From Candidatus Poribacteria bacterium (GTDB taxonomy: Bacteria > Poribacteria > WGA-4E > PCPOR2b), in contig OZ244587.1 in assembly GCA_965218095.1 (NCBI GenBank), forward strand, positions 3,040,001-3,104,000: a stretch of DNA of 64,000 nt, written 5' to 3'. Shown here in pieces: positions 20,592 to 29,351 of this stretch. The notes under the pieces were generated by a model, which saw only the letters and a list, made by a program, of their open reading frames with translations, was not told where the DNA came from and did no database searches. Position numbers and translations under genes: made by a program. Every line of letters starts with the position of its first letter. Within the stretch, counting starts at the first letter, position 1.

Positions 20592-20838
20592 ATGTTCTAT
20601 GTTTATATTCTTCAAAGCCTGAGAAAGATGGGAGTTACTATATTGGGCAGACTCACAATGTATCTAGTAGCCTTGAACGCCATAATGGTCGGCGGTGGTT
20701 AGCGACTCGATCCAAGGCTCCGTGGGAATTGGTTTATACCGAGTCATTTTCAACAAGGAGTCAAGCGGTCAGACGGGAGCGAGAAATAAAAAATTGGAAA
20801 AGTCGTCAAGCCATCGAAGTGTTGTTGAGTAATAATGA

Positions 20839-20848
<10 letters not shown>
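20592..20848 (+). pseudogene. Small GIY-YIG nuclease with a frameshift at about 20622-20627
   Basis: MFYVYILQSL, then in the -1 frame KDGSYYIGQTHNVSSSLERHNG...TRSKAPWELVYTESFSTRSQAVRREREIKNWKSR; stop TAG 20846-48 lies inside the tRNA. Confidence 0.85.
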
Positions 20849-20913
<65 letters not shown>

Positions 20914-20952
20914 TATTTTATTTACTTCGGATTCATCAACGGACCTTGCAGG

Positions 20953-21027
20953 AGGGTCGTAGCGGAGTTTGGTTAGCATGTTCCGATAGGATCGGAAAGG
21001 TCAGCGGTTCAACTCTTTTCGCCCGAA
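20953..21027 (+). ncRNA. Degenerate tRNA-Pro-like copy with TTCCGAT-AGG-ATCGGAA hairpin in place of the anticodon arm
   Basis: gggtcgtagcggagtttggttagcatg / hairpin / aggtcagcggttcaactcttttcgcccga aligns to tRNA-Pro with several mismatches. Confidence 0.65.
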
Positions 21028-21110
21028 TTATTTTTATGGGACAATAGAACGATGAATTTACCATGTCCTCATTTCATCGTTCCATTGTCCCATTTTATTA
21101 TGGAGGAAAA

Positions 21111-21866
21111 ATGCCGGTTCAAAAAACGCAGGCGATTGTCATCCGCTCATTTCCATTGGGTGAGTTCGACAAAATCATCACGTTTTACACGGCTGACTTT
21201 GGCAAGATCCAGGCAGTTGCGCGTCGTATCAGGCGTCCAAAGAGTCGTTTCGGAGGCAGCCTAGAGCTGCTCAATCTCGGCACGCTTGTGTTCTTTGAAC
21301 GCCCGAACAAAGACCTCCACGCTATTAATGACTTTGATCTGATTGACGCCTTTGACGCAATCAAAGCGGACTTTGACCGGACCATTTATGGCTGTTATTT
21401 GGCAGAGTTGGTTAATGCAACGGAGCTGGCAGGGCAGGCGGCAAACCAAAGCGTATTTCATCTGCTGCGATACGCATTTGAAACCTTAACGCAGATTGAC
21501 GATGTCCCTTTGTTAGCGCGTGCTTTTGAACTACAATTTCTGGGTCTAGCAGGCTACGCGCCTCAACTCTGGCGTTGCGTTGTTTGTATGGAGGCATTCC
21601 GCGGTCCAACGATGCACTTTAGTTCACGCCTTGGTGGCTTACTGTGCGCAAATTGTGAGGGGCAAGATACAAAGGCAAGATCGATGTCATGCGGGAGTTG
21701 TGAACTGATGAAGCAGTTACAAAAATTCGATTTGTCCTATCTACACCGTTTTCGTGCCTCCGATCTCAACCACCGTGAACTCCAGTTTGTCCTTTCAAAC
21801 TTCATCTCCTATCATACCGAACGCACTTTGAAAAGCCTCGAATTTATTAATAATCTAAAGGCATGA
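21111..21866 (+). CDS. recO: DNA repair protein RecO
   Basis: AIVIRSFPLGEFDKIITFYT...GKIQAVAR, GYAPQLWRCVVC...GGLLCANC zinc finger, LKSLEF end; GGAGG RBS before ATG 21111. Confidence 0.93.
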   Translation: MPVQKTQAIVIRSFPLGEFDKIITFYTADFGKIQAVARRIRRPKSRFGGSLELLNLGTLVFFERPNKDLHAINDFDLIDAFDAIKADFDRTIYGCYLAELVNATELAGQAANQSVFHLLRYAFETLTQIDDVPLLARAFELQFLGLAGYAPQLWRCVVCMEAFRGPTMHFSSRLGGLLCANCEGQDTKARSMSCGSCELMKQLQKFDLSYLHRFRASDLNHRELQFVLSNFISYHTERTLKSLEFINNLKA

Positions 21867-21890
21867 GGGGTGGAATCGGAGTAAGGATAA

Positions 21891-21968
21891 TCCATCTTTC
21901 ACGACATCAGCGACCCTGATGTGATTGGGCATATTCAGCGGGTTGGGATGACGGTATATGAGCAGGAG
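21891..21968 (+). pseudogene. C-terminal remnant of a minimal nucleotidyltransferase (MNT) gene
   Basis: Translates SIFHDISDPDVIGHIQRVGMTVYEQE, resembling the usual MNT C-terminus (HIxRVG). Confidence 0.5.
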
Positions 21969-22059
21969 GCTCATGTTAAGGAATCGTGCAACAGAAACCG
22001 AGTTTTTTCTTGAAAACTCGGTTTCTCTTCGCGCTTTGTACTTTCTTTTTACACGAGCC
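21968..22059. mobile_element. MITE with GGCTC(A/G)TGT TIRs and internal AGAAACCGAG palindrome (left island boundary)
   Basis: ggctcatgt...acacgagcc ends; inverted copy at 35161-35238. Confidence 0.7.
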
Positions 22060-22115
22060 AGACAGAATTGGCAGGTTGAGCCTAAGCGAAATCCCGATGC
22101 AATCGGGGAAGATAT

Positions 22116-24716
22116 ATGATGGCTGAAAAGTTTTTGTATGATGACCTAGATTCCTTCTCTAGACTCGGCGGATTACAAAAAGAAATTCCCGATGGCCTCA
22201 AAGACAACCTAAACCCCGCGTTTGAACTCCGTCCCTATCAGGAAGAAGCCTTCGCCCGTTTCTTTCACTGCCTCAACAACGACTTTCCGGGGGTGGAAAA
22301 ACCCCTGCATCTTCTGTTCAATATGGCGACCGGCAGCGGCAAAACGCTCATCATGGCGGGCTTGATTCTCTACCTCTATGAAAAAGGCTATCGAAACTTT
22401 CTCTTCTTCGTCAACTCTACCAATATCATCGAAAAGACAAAGGACAATTTCCTCAATCCCCTGTCCTCCAAATACCTCTTCAATGAAACCATCCACTTCG
22501 GGGCGGTTCGCGTTGCCGTGACCCCGGTCCCCAATTTTGAAGGCGTCAACGAAAAAGACATCAATATCTGTTTCACCACCATTCAAAAGCTCCATTCCGA
22601 TCTGACGACGCAGAAAGAAAATGCCTTAACGTACGAGGATTTTAGAGACAAAAAGATCGTACTCTTAGCTGATGAGGCGCATCATATCAATACCAGTACA
22701 AAAGCTGGACAGCAATTGCTGATTAGCTGGGAACATACGGTGGAGCGCATCTTTGGTCAAAATCAAGACAATCTGCTGCTTGAATTTACCGCCACCCTAG
22801 ATTATACCCATCGCAGCCTTGTCGATAAATACCGCAACAAGGTATTATATAAGTATGACCTGCGGCAGTTCCGCAATGACGGCTATTCCAAGGACGTCTA
22901 TATCGTTCAGGCGGATTTTGAGGAAAAAGACCGCATCATACAGGCGCTTATTCTCAACCAGTATAAACAGGAAGTGGCGGCGAAATATCAGATTAACCTC
23001 AAACCGGTGATTCTGTTCAAGGCACAGCGCACAATTGAACAGTCGAAAACGAACAAAGCGGACTTTCATAAACTCATTGATAGTCTTACGGCAGCGCACA
23101 TTGCGAGCATCCGCCGATCGAATATTCCGCTTGTTCAACAGGCGTTTCAATTCTTTGACGACAACAACATCAGCGACGAGCATTTGGCAGGACGTCTAAA
23201 ACAGGAATTTCAGGAGGCCTACTGCCTCTCAGTCAATGATAAACAAGAGAAGGAGAACTATCAGATTCTGGTTAACACCCTCGAAGACAGCGACAACCGC
23301 ATCCGCGCGATCTTTGCCGTGCAGAAACTGAACGAGGGTTGGGATGTCCTGAATCTTTTTGATATTGTCCGATGCTACACCACCCGCGACGCAAAAGCAG
23401 GGAAACCGGGCAAAACTACAATTGCCGAGGCGCAGTTAATCGGACGTGGGGCGCGGTATTTCCCCTTTGTTACCGACGACAATCCCGATCAATACCAACG
23501 GAAATTTGATAAAAACCTGACGACGGAACTGCGGGTGTTGGAGGAGCTCCACTATCACAGTATCAACGATTCCCGCTATATCTCTGAGATCCGCACTGCC
23601 CTGATCGACGAAGGGATGCTCGACGATCGGACGGTGGAAAAACCGCTTAAACTGAAAAGGGAATTTAAGAAAACCGATTTTTACAAACATGGGATCGTCT
23701 ACATCAATGAACGGGTTGAAAACAGGAATGAATCTGTCTGCTCATTTGCCGATATGGGTGTCTCTTCAAAGAACTATCACTATTCACTCCCCACCGGCAG
23801 GGGAGTTTCTGAGGCCATTCTAAATGACAACAGTAGCATAACCCCCCTGACAAGGGGGGAGATAAGGGGGTTACAGATCGTAGAAGCACGACGGAGAGAT
23901 GTGCCGGTGAAAGAGATACCGCTTCATATCGTCAGGAGTGCCATTGCACGAAATCCTTTTTTTGCTTTCAAATCCTTGAAAACCTATTTCTCTCACATTC
24001 AATCCGTCCGTCAGTTCATCGAGGCAGATGAGTACCTCGGCGGACTGTCAATCACCTTTCAGGGGGATTCTTCTGAACTGCTGCATTTATCCAACCGCAT
24101 CCAACTCAATGCGATGACGGGACTGCTTAACCGAATTGCATCTCAATTGCGTCAAAACCTAACGGAATACAGGGGTACAGAAACGTTCAAGCCAAACGGT
24201 GTCAGTTCCATATTCACCGACAAAACCCTGAAATTGGTTGAAGGCAGCGAAAGGGCGGATGGCGACGAACAGTTGGTCTCCGATAGAGAATGGTATGTAT
24301 TCAATGCCAACTACGGCACAAGTGAGGAAAAGGATTTTGTCCGAATGCTTGATGCCCAGATAGGCAAGCTAAAAGAAAAGTATGAAGGAATATATCTGGT
24401 CCGTAACGAAAGACATTTCAAAATTTACAACTTTGACGACGGAGAGGGGTTTGAGCCCGATTTTGTCCTGTTCCTACGTGAGAAAAATGGAAACACCCTC
24501 ATCCGTCAGATATTTATTGAACCCAAGGGAAAGTATCTGCAAGCGCACGAAAAATGGAAAGAGGATTTCTTAGAACAAATTAAAGAAAAATTCTCAGGAG
24601 AAACGCTGGAGCTTAAAACGCAAAGCAGAACGCAAACATACAGACTGGTAGGTGTGCCGTTCTATAACAACCAAGATGAAAATCAATTCAGGGCAAGCCT
24701 TGAGTCCGTATTATGA
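22116..24716 (+). CDS. res: Type III restriction-modification Res subunit
   Basis: LRPYQ, MATGSGKT, DEAHH, LNEGWDV, QLIGRGAR, C-terminal FEPDF...FIEPKG PD-(D/E)xK nuclease. Confidence 0.9.
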   Translation: MMAEKFLYDDLDSFSRLGGLQKEIPDGLKDNLNPAFELRPYQEEAFARFFHCLNNDFPGVEKPLHLLFNMATGSGKTLIMAGLILYLYEKGYRNFLFFVNSTNIIEKTKDNFLNPLSSKYLFNETIHFGAVRVAVTPVPNFEGVNEKDINICFTTIQKLHSDLTTQKENALTYEDFRDKKIVLLADEAHHINTSTKAGQQLLISWEHTVERIFGQNQDNLLLEFTATLDYTHRSLVDKYRNKVLYKYDLRQFRNDGYSKDVYIVQADFEEKDRIIQALILNQYKQEVAAKYQINLKPVILFKAQRTIEQSKTNKADFHKLIDSLTAAHIASIRRSNIPLVQQAFQFFDDNNISDEHLAGRLKQEFQEAYCLSVNDKQEKENYQILVNTLEDSDNRIRAIFAVQKLNEGWDVLNLFDIVRCYTTRDAKAGKPGKTTIAEAQLIGRGARYFPFVTDDNPDQYQRKFDKNLTTELRVLEELHYHSINDSRYISEIRTALIDEGMLDDRTVEKPLKLKREFKKTDFYKHGIVYINERVENRNESVCSFADMGVSSKNYHYSLPTGRGVSEAILNDNSSITPLTRGEIRGLQIVEARRRDVPVKEIPLHIVRSAIARNPFFAFKSLKTYFSHIQSVRQFIEADEYLGGLSITFQGDSSELLHLSNRIQLNAMTGLLNRIASQLRQNLTEYRGTETFKPNGVSSIFTDKTLKLVEGSERADGDEQLVSDREWYVFNANYGTSEEKDFVRMLDAQIGKLKEKYEGIYLVRNERHFKIYNFDDGEGFEPDFVLFLREKNGNTLIRQIFIEPKGKYLQAHEKWKEDFLEQIKEKFSGETLELKTQSRTQTYRLVGVPFYNNQDENQFRASLESVL

Positions 24717-24722
24717 AACGCA

Positions 24723-24749
24723 GTAGGGAACGCAGATCTGCGTTCCCTA
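24723..24749. repeat. GTAG-type REP palindrome GTAGGGAACGCAGATCTGCGTTCCCTA
   Basis: Perfect palindrome core; relatives at 28514 and 35275. Confidence 0.7.
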
Positions 24750-24846
24750 TTAAAATCGGCCGCAGAGGCGTACAGGGCACAGAGAACAATAAAGAAAACT
24801 TCGTTAGAAGGGAAGTCGTTACCGATTTTGAAGGAGGATCATCAAA

Positions 24847-25083
24847 ATGACCAATGATGTAACAGCAACACAAAAAGCGAAAGTCACCCTGACTGTTGAG
24901 CAGTTGGAAGGAATCATTCGCAAGGTGGTTCGTGAAGAGCTCATGGAGTTTGCAACGCAGGAGCAGGGTATCTTTAACCTTGATAAGGAATCTCCGCTTT
25001 ATGAGGATATGGAAAATATTCTTGAACGAAAAAAATCCGGTCAGTTGAGATTTCATGCCCACGAGGAAGTTTGGAATGGATGA
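24847..25083 (+). CDS. Putative antitoxin
   Basis: 78 aa, LEGIIRKVVREEL and HEEVW end; overlaps the downstream RelE-like gene (ATGGATGA); GGAGG RBS. Confidence 0.6.
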   Translation: MTNDVTATQKAKVTLTVEQLEGIIRKVVREELMEFATQEQGIFNLDKESPLYEDMENILERKKSGQLRFHAHEEVWNG

Positions 25084-25405
25084 ATACCAAGCATTTTATG
25101 AGAGTCGATTCGTCCGAAACCTTGCTCGCTACTCGAATTTACGCCAACGTATCCAGCGAAGGGTTGAGCAGATCCTCAAAGATCCCTATACTCGCACAGA
25201 ACGGCTTGGGCGAGTTGTTAGCGGATTAGATTTGCGAGGTTGCCGCAGTGCGCGGGTGGACAGAAACTTTCGGATGATTTTCGTCATCTGTGAAGAATGT
25301 CGGCATATCAGGGAGTGTCAATTCTGTTTCTGTGAGGGGAGAGAAGATGAAACAGTTGTTTTCTTGACTGTTGGACCACACGATAGGGCTTATACGATGA
25401 AATGA
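25076..25405 (+). CDS. RelE/ParE-family toxin with Cys-rich insertion
   Basis: F...L...RVEQILKDPY, LRGCRSARVDRNFRMIF, VVFLTVGPHDRAY. Confidence 0.7.
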   Translation: MDEYQAFYESRFVRNLARYSNLRQRIQRRVEQILKDPYTRTERLGRVVSGLDLRGCRSARVDRNFRMIFVICEECRHIRECQFCFCEGREDETVVFLTVGPHDRAYTMK

Positions 25406-25578
25406 AGCGTAGATTTCCTAACCAACCCTTGCAATTGACGGTTGGGATTTTCTGTTTTTAATACCCATTGACAAATTGCGGATCTTGGGATGTCAGATTG
25501 TTTTTCAGCAAATCCTCGCTATGGCTGAAATAGGGTCGTTGGGCGATTCCATCGTTACTCACAAATGGAAAGGGAAAC

Positions 25579-26394
25579 TTGATTGTGTCTGAGAAATCTG
25601 AAAAGGAGGCACAGAAGAACGACGGTATCTGGCAACTGATCAACAGTGGTATAGAGATTGTCAGCAGTGGTGCTGGCAGTGGTACTGGTGCAGTGCTGGG
25701 GTCGGTTGTCGGAGGTCCAGTTGGAGCATTGATTGGAGGAGCTGGTGGTAAGGTACTTGAAATTGTGTTAAGCAAAGTTGGGCAGGAAATTTCGGCGCGA
25801 CAATTGGGCCCACGAGAAAAAGTACGGGTCGGTGCTGCATTTGCAATTGCGGCTGCGGACATTCGCCAACGGATAGAAAACGGTGAAAGTGTCCGCACGG
25901 ATGACTTTTTCGATGAAAAGCAAACGGGTAGATCGGATGCGGAAGAGGTTGCGGAGAGCGTGTTATTGAAGGTTCAGAGAGAACCCGAAGAAAAGAAAAT
26001 CCAGTATATGGGGTATTTGCTTTCAAGCATAGCTTTCGATCCGCAAATCAGCGTACACATGGCACATCAACTCGTGAAAGCCGCTGAACAACTTATTTAC
26101 CGACAACTATGTATACTGAAGCTCTGCGTAGTGAAAGATAAATTTGGATTGCGCGATGAAGATTACCGGAATCAAGGAACTTTCACAAAAGAACTCTATC
26201 AGGTACTTTATGAGTGCCTCGATCTTTATCACAGAGGATATATAAACTTTGGAGGTGAAGTTGCGTTTGGTCCTACGGATGTAAAATCTGGAAGTATGAC
26301 TGTCCAAGGAATAGGTGCTGATCTTTTCAATCTCATGAAACTTTCTTTGATACCAGATCAAGACATAATTCCAATCGCCACGCAGTTGAAGTAA
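25579..26394 (+). CDS. Hypothetical protein, weak resemblance to Abi-alpha-like proteins
   Basis: Gly-rich N-terminal segment, EEKKIQYMGYLL, winged-helix-like C-terminus; start uncertain. Confidence 0.5.
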   Translation: MIVSEKSEKEAQKNDGIWQLINSGIEIVSSGAGSGTGAVLGSVVGGPVGALIGGAGGKVLEIVLSKVGQEISARQLGPREKVRVGAAFAIAAADIRQRIENGESVRTDDFFDEKQTGRSDAEEVAESVLLKVQREPEEKKIQYMGYLLSSIAFDPQISVHMAHQLVKAAEQLIYRQLCILKLCVVKDKFGLRDEDYRNQGTFTKELYQVLYECLDLYHRGYINFGGEVAFGPTDVKSGSMTVQGIGADLFNLMKLSLIPDQDIIPIATQLK

Positions 26395-26471
26395 AGAGCA
26401 GTCAGAATTTTTTGAAGCTAGTGATACGAAGCGTTACGGCAAAGTCAAAACAACACAGCAAGGACCCCAAC

Positions 26472-28472
26472 ATGCCAAAGCATTTTCACGAAAAACTAAT
26501 CAACCTCCTCAAAACTGACCCCCGTTTCGTCGACGGCGAAGACGAATTGGTCAAAGCCGCGGTCATCAATCGGGCGTGGAAGATTGACCATGACCTCGTG
26601 AGGCGGTTGCTCCGTGAACCTGACATCAAAGCCAAATTCTTTGATGAAATCGAAGGGCACTGGATCTTCAATACCAACACCTTCATCGACTACATCTCCG
26701 ACAAAAGCTTCCTCGCCGATTCCTACACCCGCTTCCGCAACAAAATCGGCTTGAACATTGAGAATAAATTTCTGCCTGAACGGGGTGAGGTGTCTCTGGT
26801 TTGGCCCTACAAAGATTGCATGTTAGAAGGCGGACAGACGAAGGAGGAGGAGAAGCGTAAAGAGATGTTTTTCAACGAGATTCTGGCGCAGGACGAAATT
26901 GACCGCCTCTTTGACCCAAAGGTGTTGACCTGTTGGAAACGCCACACGGTTGACGGCGAGCAGAAGGTAACGGAGATCAGGAGGGATGACAACAGCGTAA
27001 TTCGGGAAAACCTGCTCATCAAGGGGAACAACCTGCTGGCGTTGCACACGCTCAAACAGCAATTTCGCGGAAAGGTCAAACTGATTTACATTGACCCGCC
27101 GTATAATACAGGGAGTGATAGTTTCGGCTATAACGACAGCTTCAATCATTCGACATGGCTGACGTTTATGAAGAATCGGCTGGAAGTGGGGCGGGAATTG
27201 TTGAGGGATGACGGGGTTATTTTTGTTCAATGTGATGATAACGAGGCAGCTTACCTGAAAATTTTAATGGACGAAATTTTTGGTGATACTGCTTACGCTA
27301 CAACAATCTACGTCCAAGTCAGATATAGCCAAAAAACATTATCCGAAAAGAATGATTACCAAAAGCTGATTGAGCAGATTCATATCTACCATAAAGAAAA
27401 GTTTTCTCCTATTAAACCTACCGAGGAATACTCAATAGAAAAATTTGTCTGGGAGATTATTGAAAAAAGCAGTGGACAAGAATTAGAATTGGGATCTAAA
27501 TCTGCTTTTCTTTTTAAGCTTGGCGAATACGAAATTGTCCAGAAAGAAGCGTCTTTATCTCGGCTCAAAGAGACATGGGCAAGTGGAACGGTTCTGAAAA
27601 ATAATGCATCAGGAAAGTTCTTTGGGCAATACATTGCTCCAAGAGTCAAAGCTGATGGAATCGGCTGTTTGTATAAAGTAAAGGGTATAGGAGAAGATGG
27701 TCTCGGTTATAGATATTTCACAGGCCCAAAAAGAGCCGGAGCAACGAAAGGGAAATTCTACTCGGGAGTACCGACCTCAAGATTGAAAGAGTTGGAGAGA
27801 GGAGAAGCAAGGAAAGAGCTAGTTATTCCTAATTTCTATGATTTTGCAGATAGTTTTGGCAACTGTCGCCACGAGGGAGGAGTAGAGTTACGAAGTGGTA
27901 AGAAACCGGAAGTCCTATTAAAATTAATCATCGAAATAACAACGAAAGAAAACGATATCGTACTGGATTTCTTTTGTGGTACGGGAAGTACACTGGCCGT
28001 AGCACATAAATTACGGCGTGGCTATATTGGCGTTGAACAGTTAGATTATTATGAGAACGACAGCGTCCTCCGTTTAAAGAATGTCATTCTAGGAGATACA
28101 ACAGGAATTTCAAAGGAGGTTGGCTGGCAGGGCGGCGGCAATTTCATCTACTGCGAACTGATGCCATACAACCAAGCCTTTATGGACAAAATTCAAGCCG
28201 CACAATCATCCGAAGCACTTGTAACACTCTGGCGGGACATCGCCGAAAACTCATTCCTGAACTGGTACGTGAACCCGGAAATCCCGGAAGATGCAGTGGA
28301 GAATTTCATCGAAATCGGTCAAGGCGAAAATGGGCTGGAAAAGCAGAAGAAACTGCTGGCGGAACTGCTGGATAAGAACCAGTTGTATGTCAACTTTTCG
28401 GAAATAGACGACGAGGATTTTGGTGTCAGTGCGGAAGATAAGGCGTTGAATCGGGAGTTTTATGACGAATAG
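26472..28472 (+). CDS. mod: Type III R-M Mod subunit (N6-adenine methyltransferase)
   Basis: NLLIKGNNL, IYIDPPYN, KKPEVLL, VLDFFCGTGST; ATG 26472. Confidence 0.92.
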   Translation: MPKHFHEKLINLLKTDPRFVDGEDELVKAAVINRAWKIDHDLVRRLLREPDIKAKFFDEIEGHWIFNTNTFIDYISDKSFLADSYTRFRNKIGLNIENKFLPERGEVSLVWPYKDCMLEGGQTKEEEKRKEMFFNEILAQDEIDRLFDPKVLTCWKRHTVDGEQKVTEIRRDDNSVIRENLLIKGNNLLALHTLKQQFRGKVKLIYIDPPYNTGSDSFGYNDSFNHSTWLTFMKNRLEVGRELLRDDGVIFVQCDDNEAAYLKILMDEIFGDTAYATTIYVQVRYSQKTLSEKNDYQKLIEQIHIYHKEKFSPIKPTEEYSIEKFVWEIIEKSSGQELELGSKSAFLFKLGEYEIVQKEASLSRLKETWASGTVLKNNASGKFFGQYIAPRVKADGIGCLYKVKGIGEDGLGYRYFTGPKRAGATKGKFYSGVPTSRLKELERGEARKELVIPNFYDFADSFGNCRHEGGVELRSGKKPEVLLKLIIEITTKENDIVLDFFCGTGSTLAVAHKLRRGYIGVEQLDYYENDSVLRLKNVILGDTTGISKEVGWQGGGNFIYCELMPYNQAFMDKIQAAQSSEALVTLWRDIAENSFLNWYVNPEIPEDAVENFIEIGQGENGLEKQKKLLAELLDKNQLYVNFSEIDDEDFGVSAEDKALNREFYDE

Positions 28473-28493
28473 ATTTTCAACCCGTTAAAAATG

Positions 28494-28678
28494 GGACTTA
28501 CGCACTTCAGATTGTAGGGAACAACGATCGTTGTTCCCTACGGGCTTGTTGATGAAGCCCCTGCCGTAGTTGCCCGATTTATCGGGCGTCGGAAGTAGTG
28601 TCCATCGGCGATAAATCGCCGAACTACAGGTCGAAGACTCTCGGAACGGAGGCTTTGAGAGTTCAACTGCGTAAGTCC
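28494..28678. mobile_element. MITE with GGACTTACGCA TIRs carrying REP palindromes
   Basis: ggacttacgca...tgcgtaagtcc; internal gtagggaacaacgatcgttgttccctac and gtagttgcccg/cgccgaactac; related copy 35275-35439. Confidence 0.7.
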
Positions 28679-28694
28679 TAAGAAAGTTTCAACT

Positions 28695-29351
28695 TTGAAT
28701 CATACAAGTAACGAAGGCGTAACGCTTTCGACAGAACAGCAGACAGTCTTTAACTGGCTCAACGATGAACTCGAGCTGCCGGTATATGCAGAGGCGTACA
28801 AAGGCGCATTGGAGTTCCTAGAAAAAAAGTCCCCGGGCTACATTACGTTTGTATCCCACGCAGGCAGGGATTTGATGAACGGCCTTGCCCGGCTGGGGAC
28901 CGGGCACGAACAGGTTCAGTATGCGAATCGCTTGGATGAGCTACAGAACCATTGGGAAGATGAGTGGGGAACAGCAGGGATTAATAAAATAGATAACCCT
29001 GAAAACGGGCATTTAATCCCTTATGAAGTTTGTGAACAAATACAAGACCTGATTGATGAACACAGAGCGGGGCGTCTCCGACCCTCAGAGGCAGCGATCC
29101 TTTTCTTTAGTAACTTTTTGGATTATGCCTACGCAGAGGAAATCCCCCGGAATCTTTTGACGGAATGGCAGAACACAAGAGAGTGGTTTAGAGCACATGC
29201 CCATCTGCGCGATGGTGAGTTTGAAATGGATGCACCAACTGAAGTAGAAAGGCATTTTCAGACACTTGATGATTTACTGTACAACGCTGCAGGCAGTGAA
29301 CTTGAGCGGATAAGGAGTATCAATGAAATCTTGGAAGAAACCAACGAATGA
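28695..29351 (+). CDS. Hypothetical protein, possible HEPN-like nuclease
   Basis: FVSHAGRDLMN and REWFRAH (R-x5-H) motifs; overlaps the next gene by 29 nt. Confidence 0.55.
   Translation: MNHTSNEGVTLSTEQQTVFNWLNDELELPVYAEAYKGALEFLEKKSPGYITFVSHAGRDLMNGLARLGTGHEQVQYANRLDELQNHWEDEWGTAGINKIDNPENGHLIPYEVCEQIQDLIDEHRAGRLRPSEAAILFFSNFLDYAYAEEIPRNLLTEWQNTREWFRAHAHLRDGEFEMDAPTEVERHFQTLDDLLYNAAGSELERIRSINEILEETNE

Noticed and set aside
26472-28472. Phase-variable mod (phasevarion)
   Set aside because: No simple-sequence repeat tract was seen in or upstream of the ORF.
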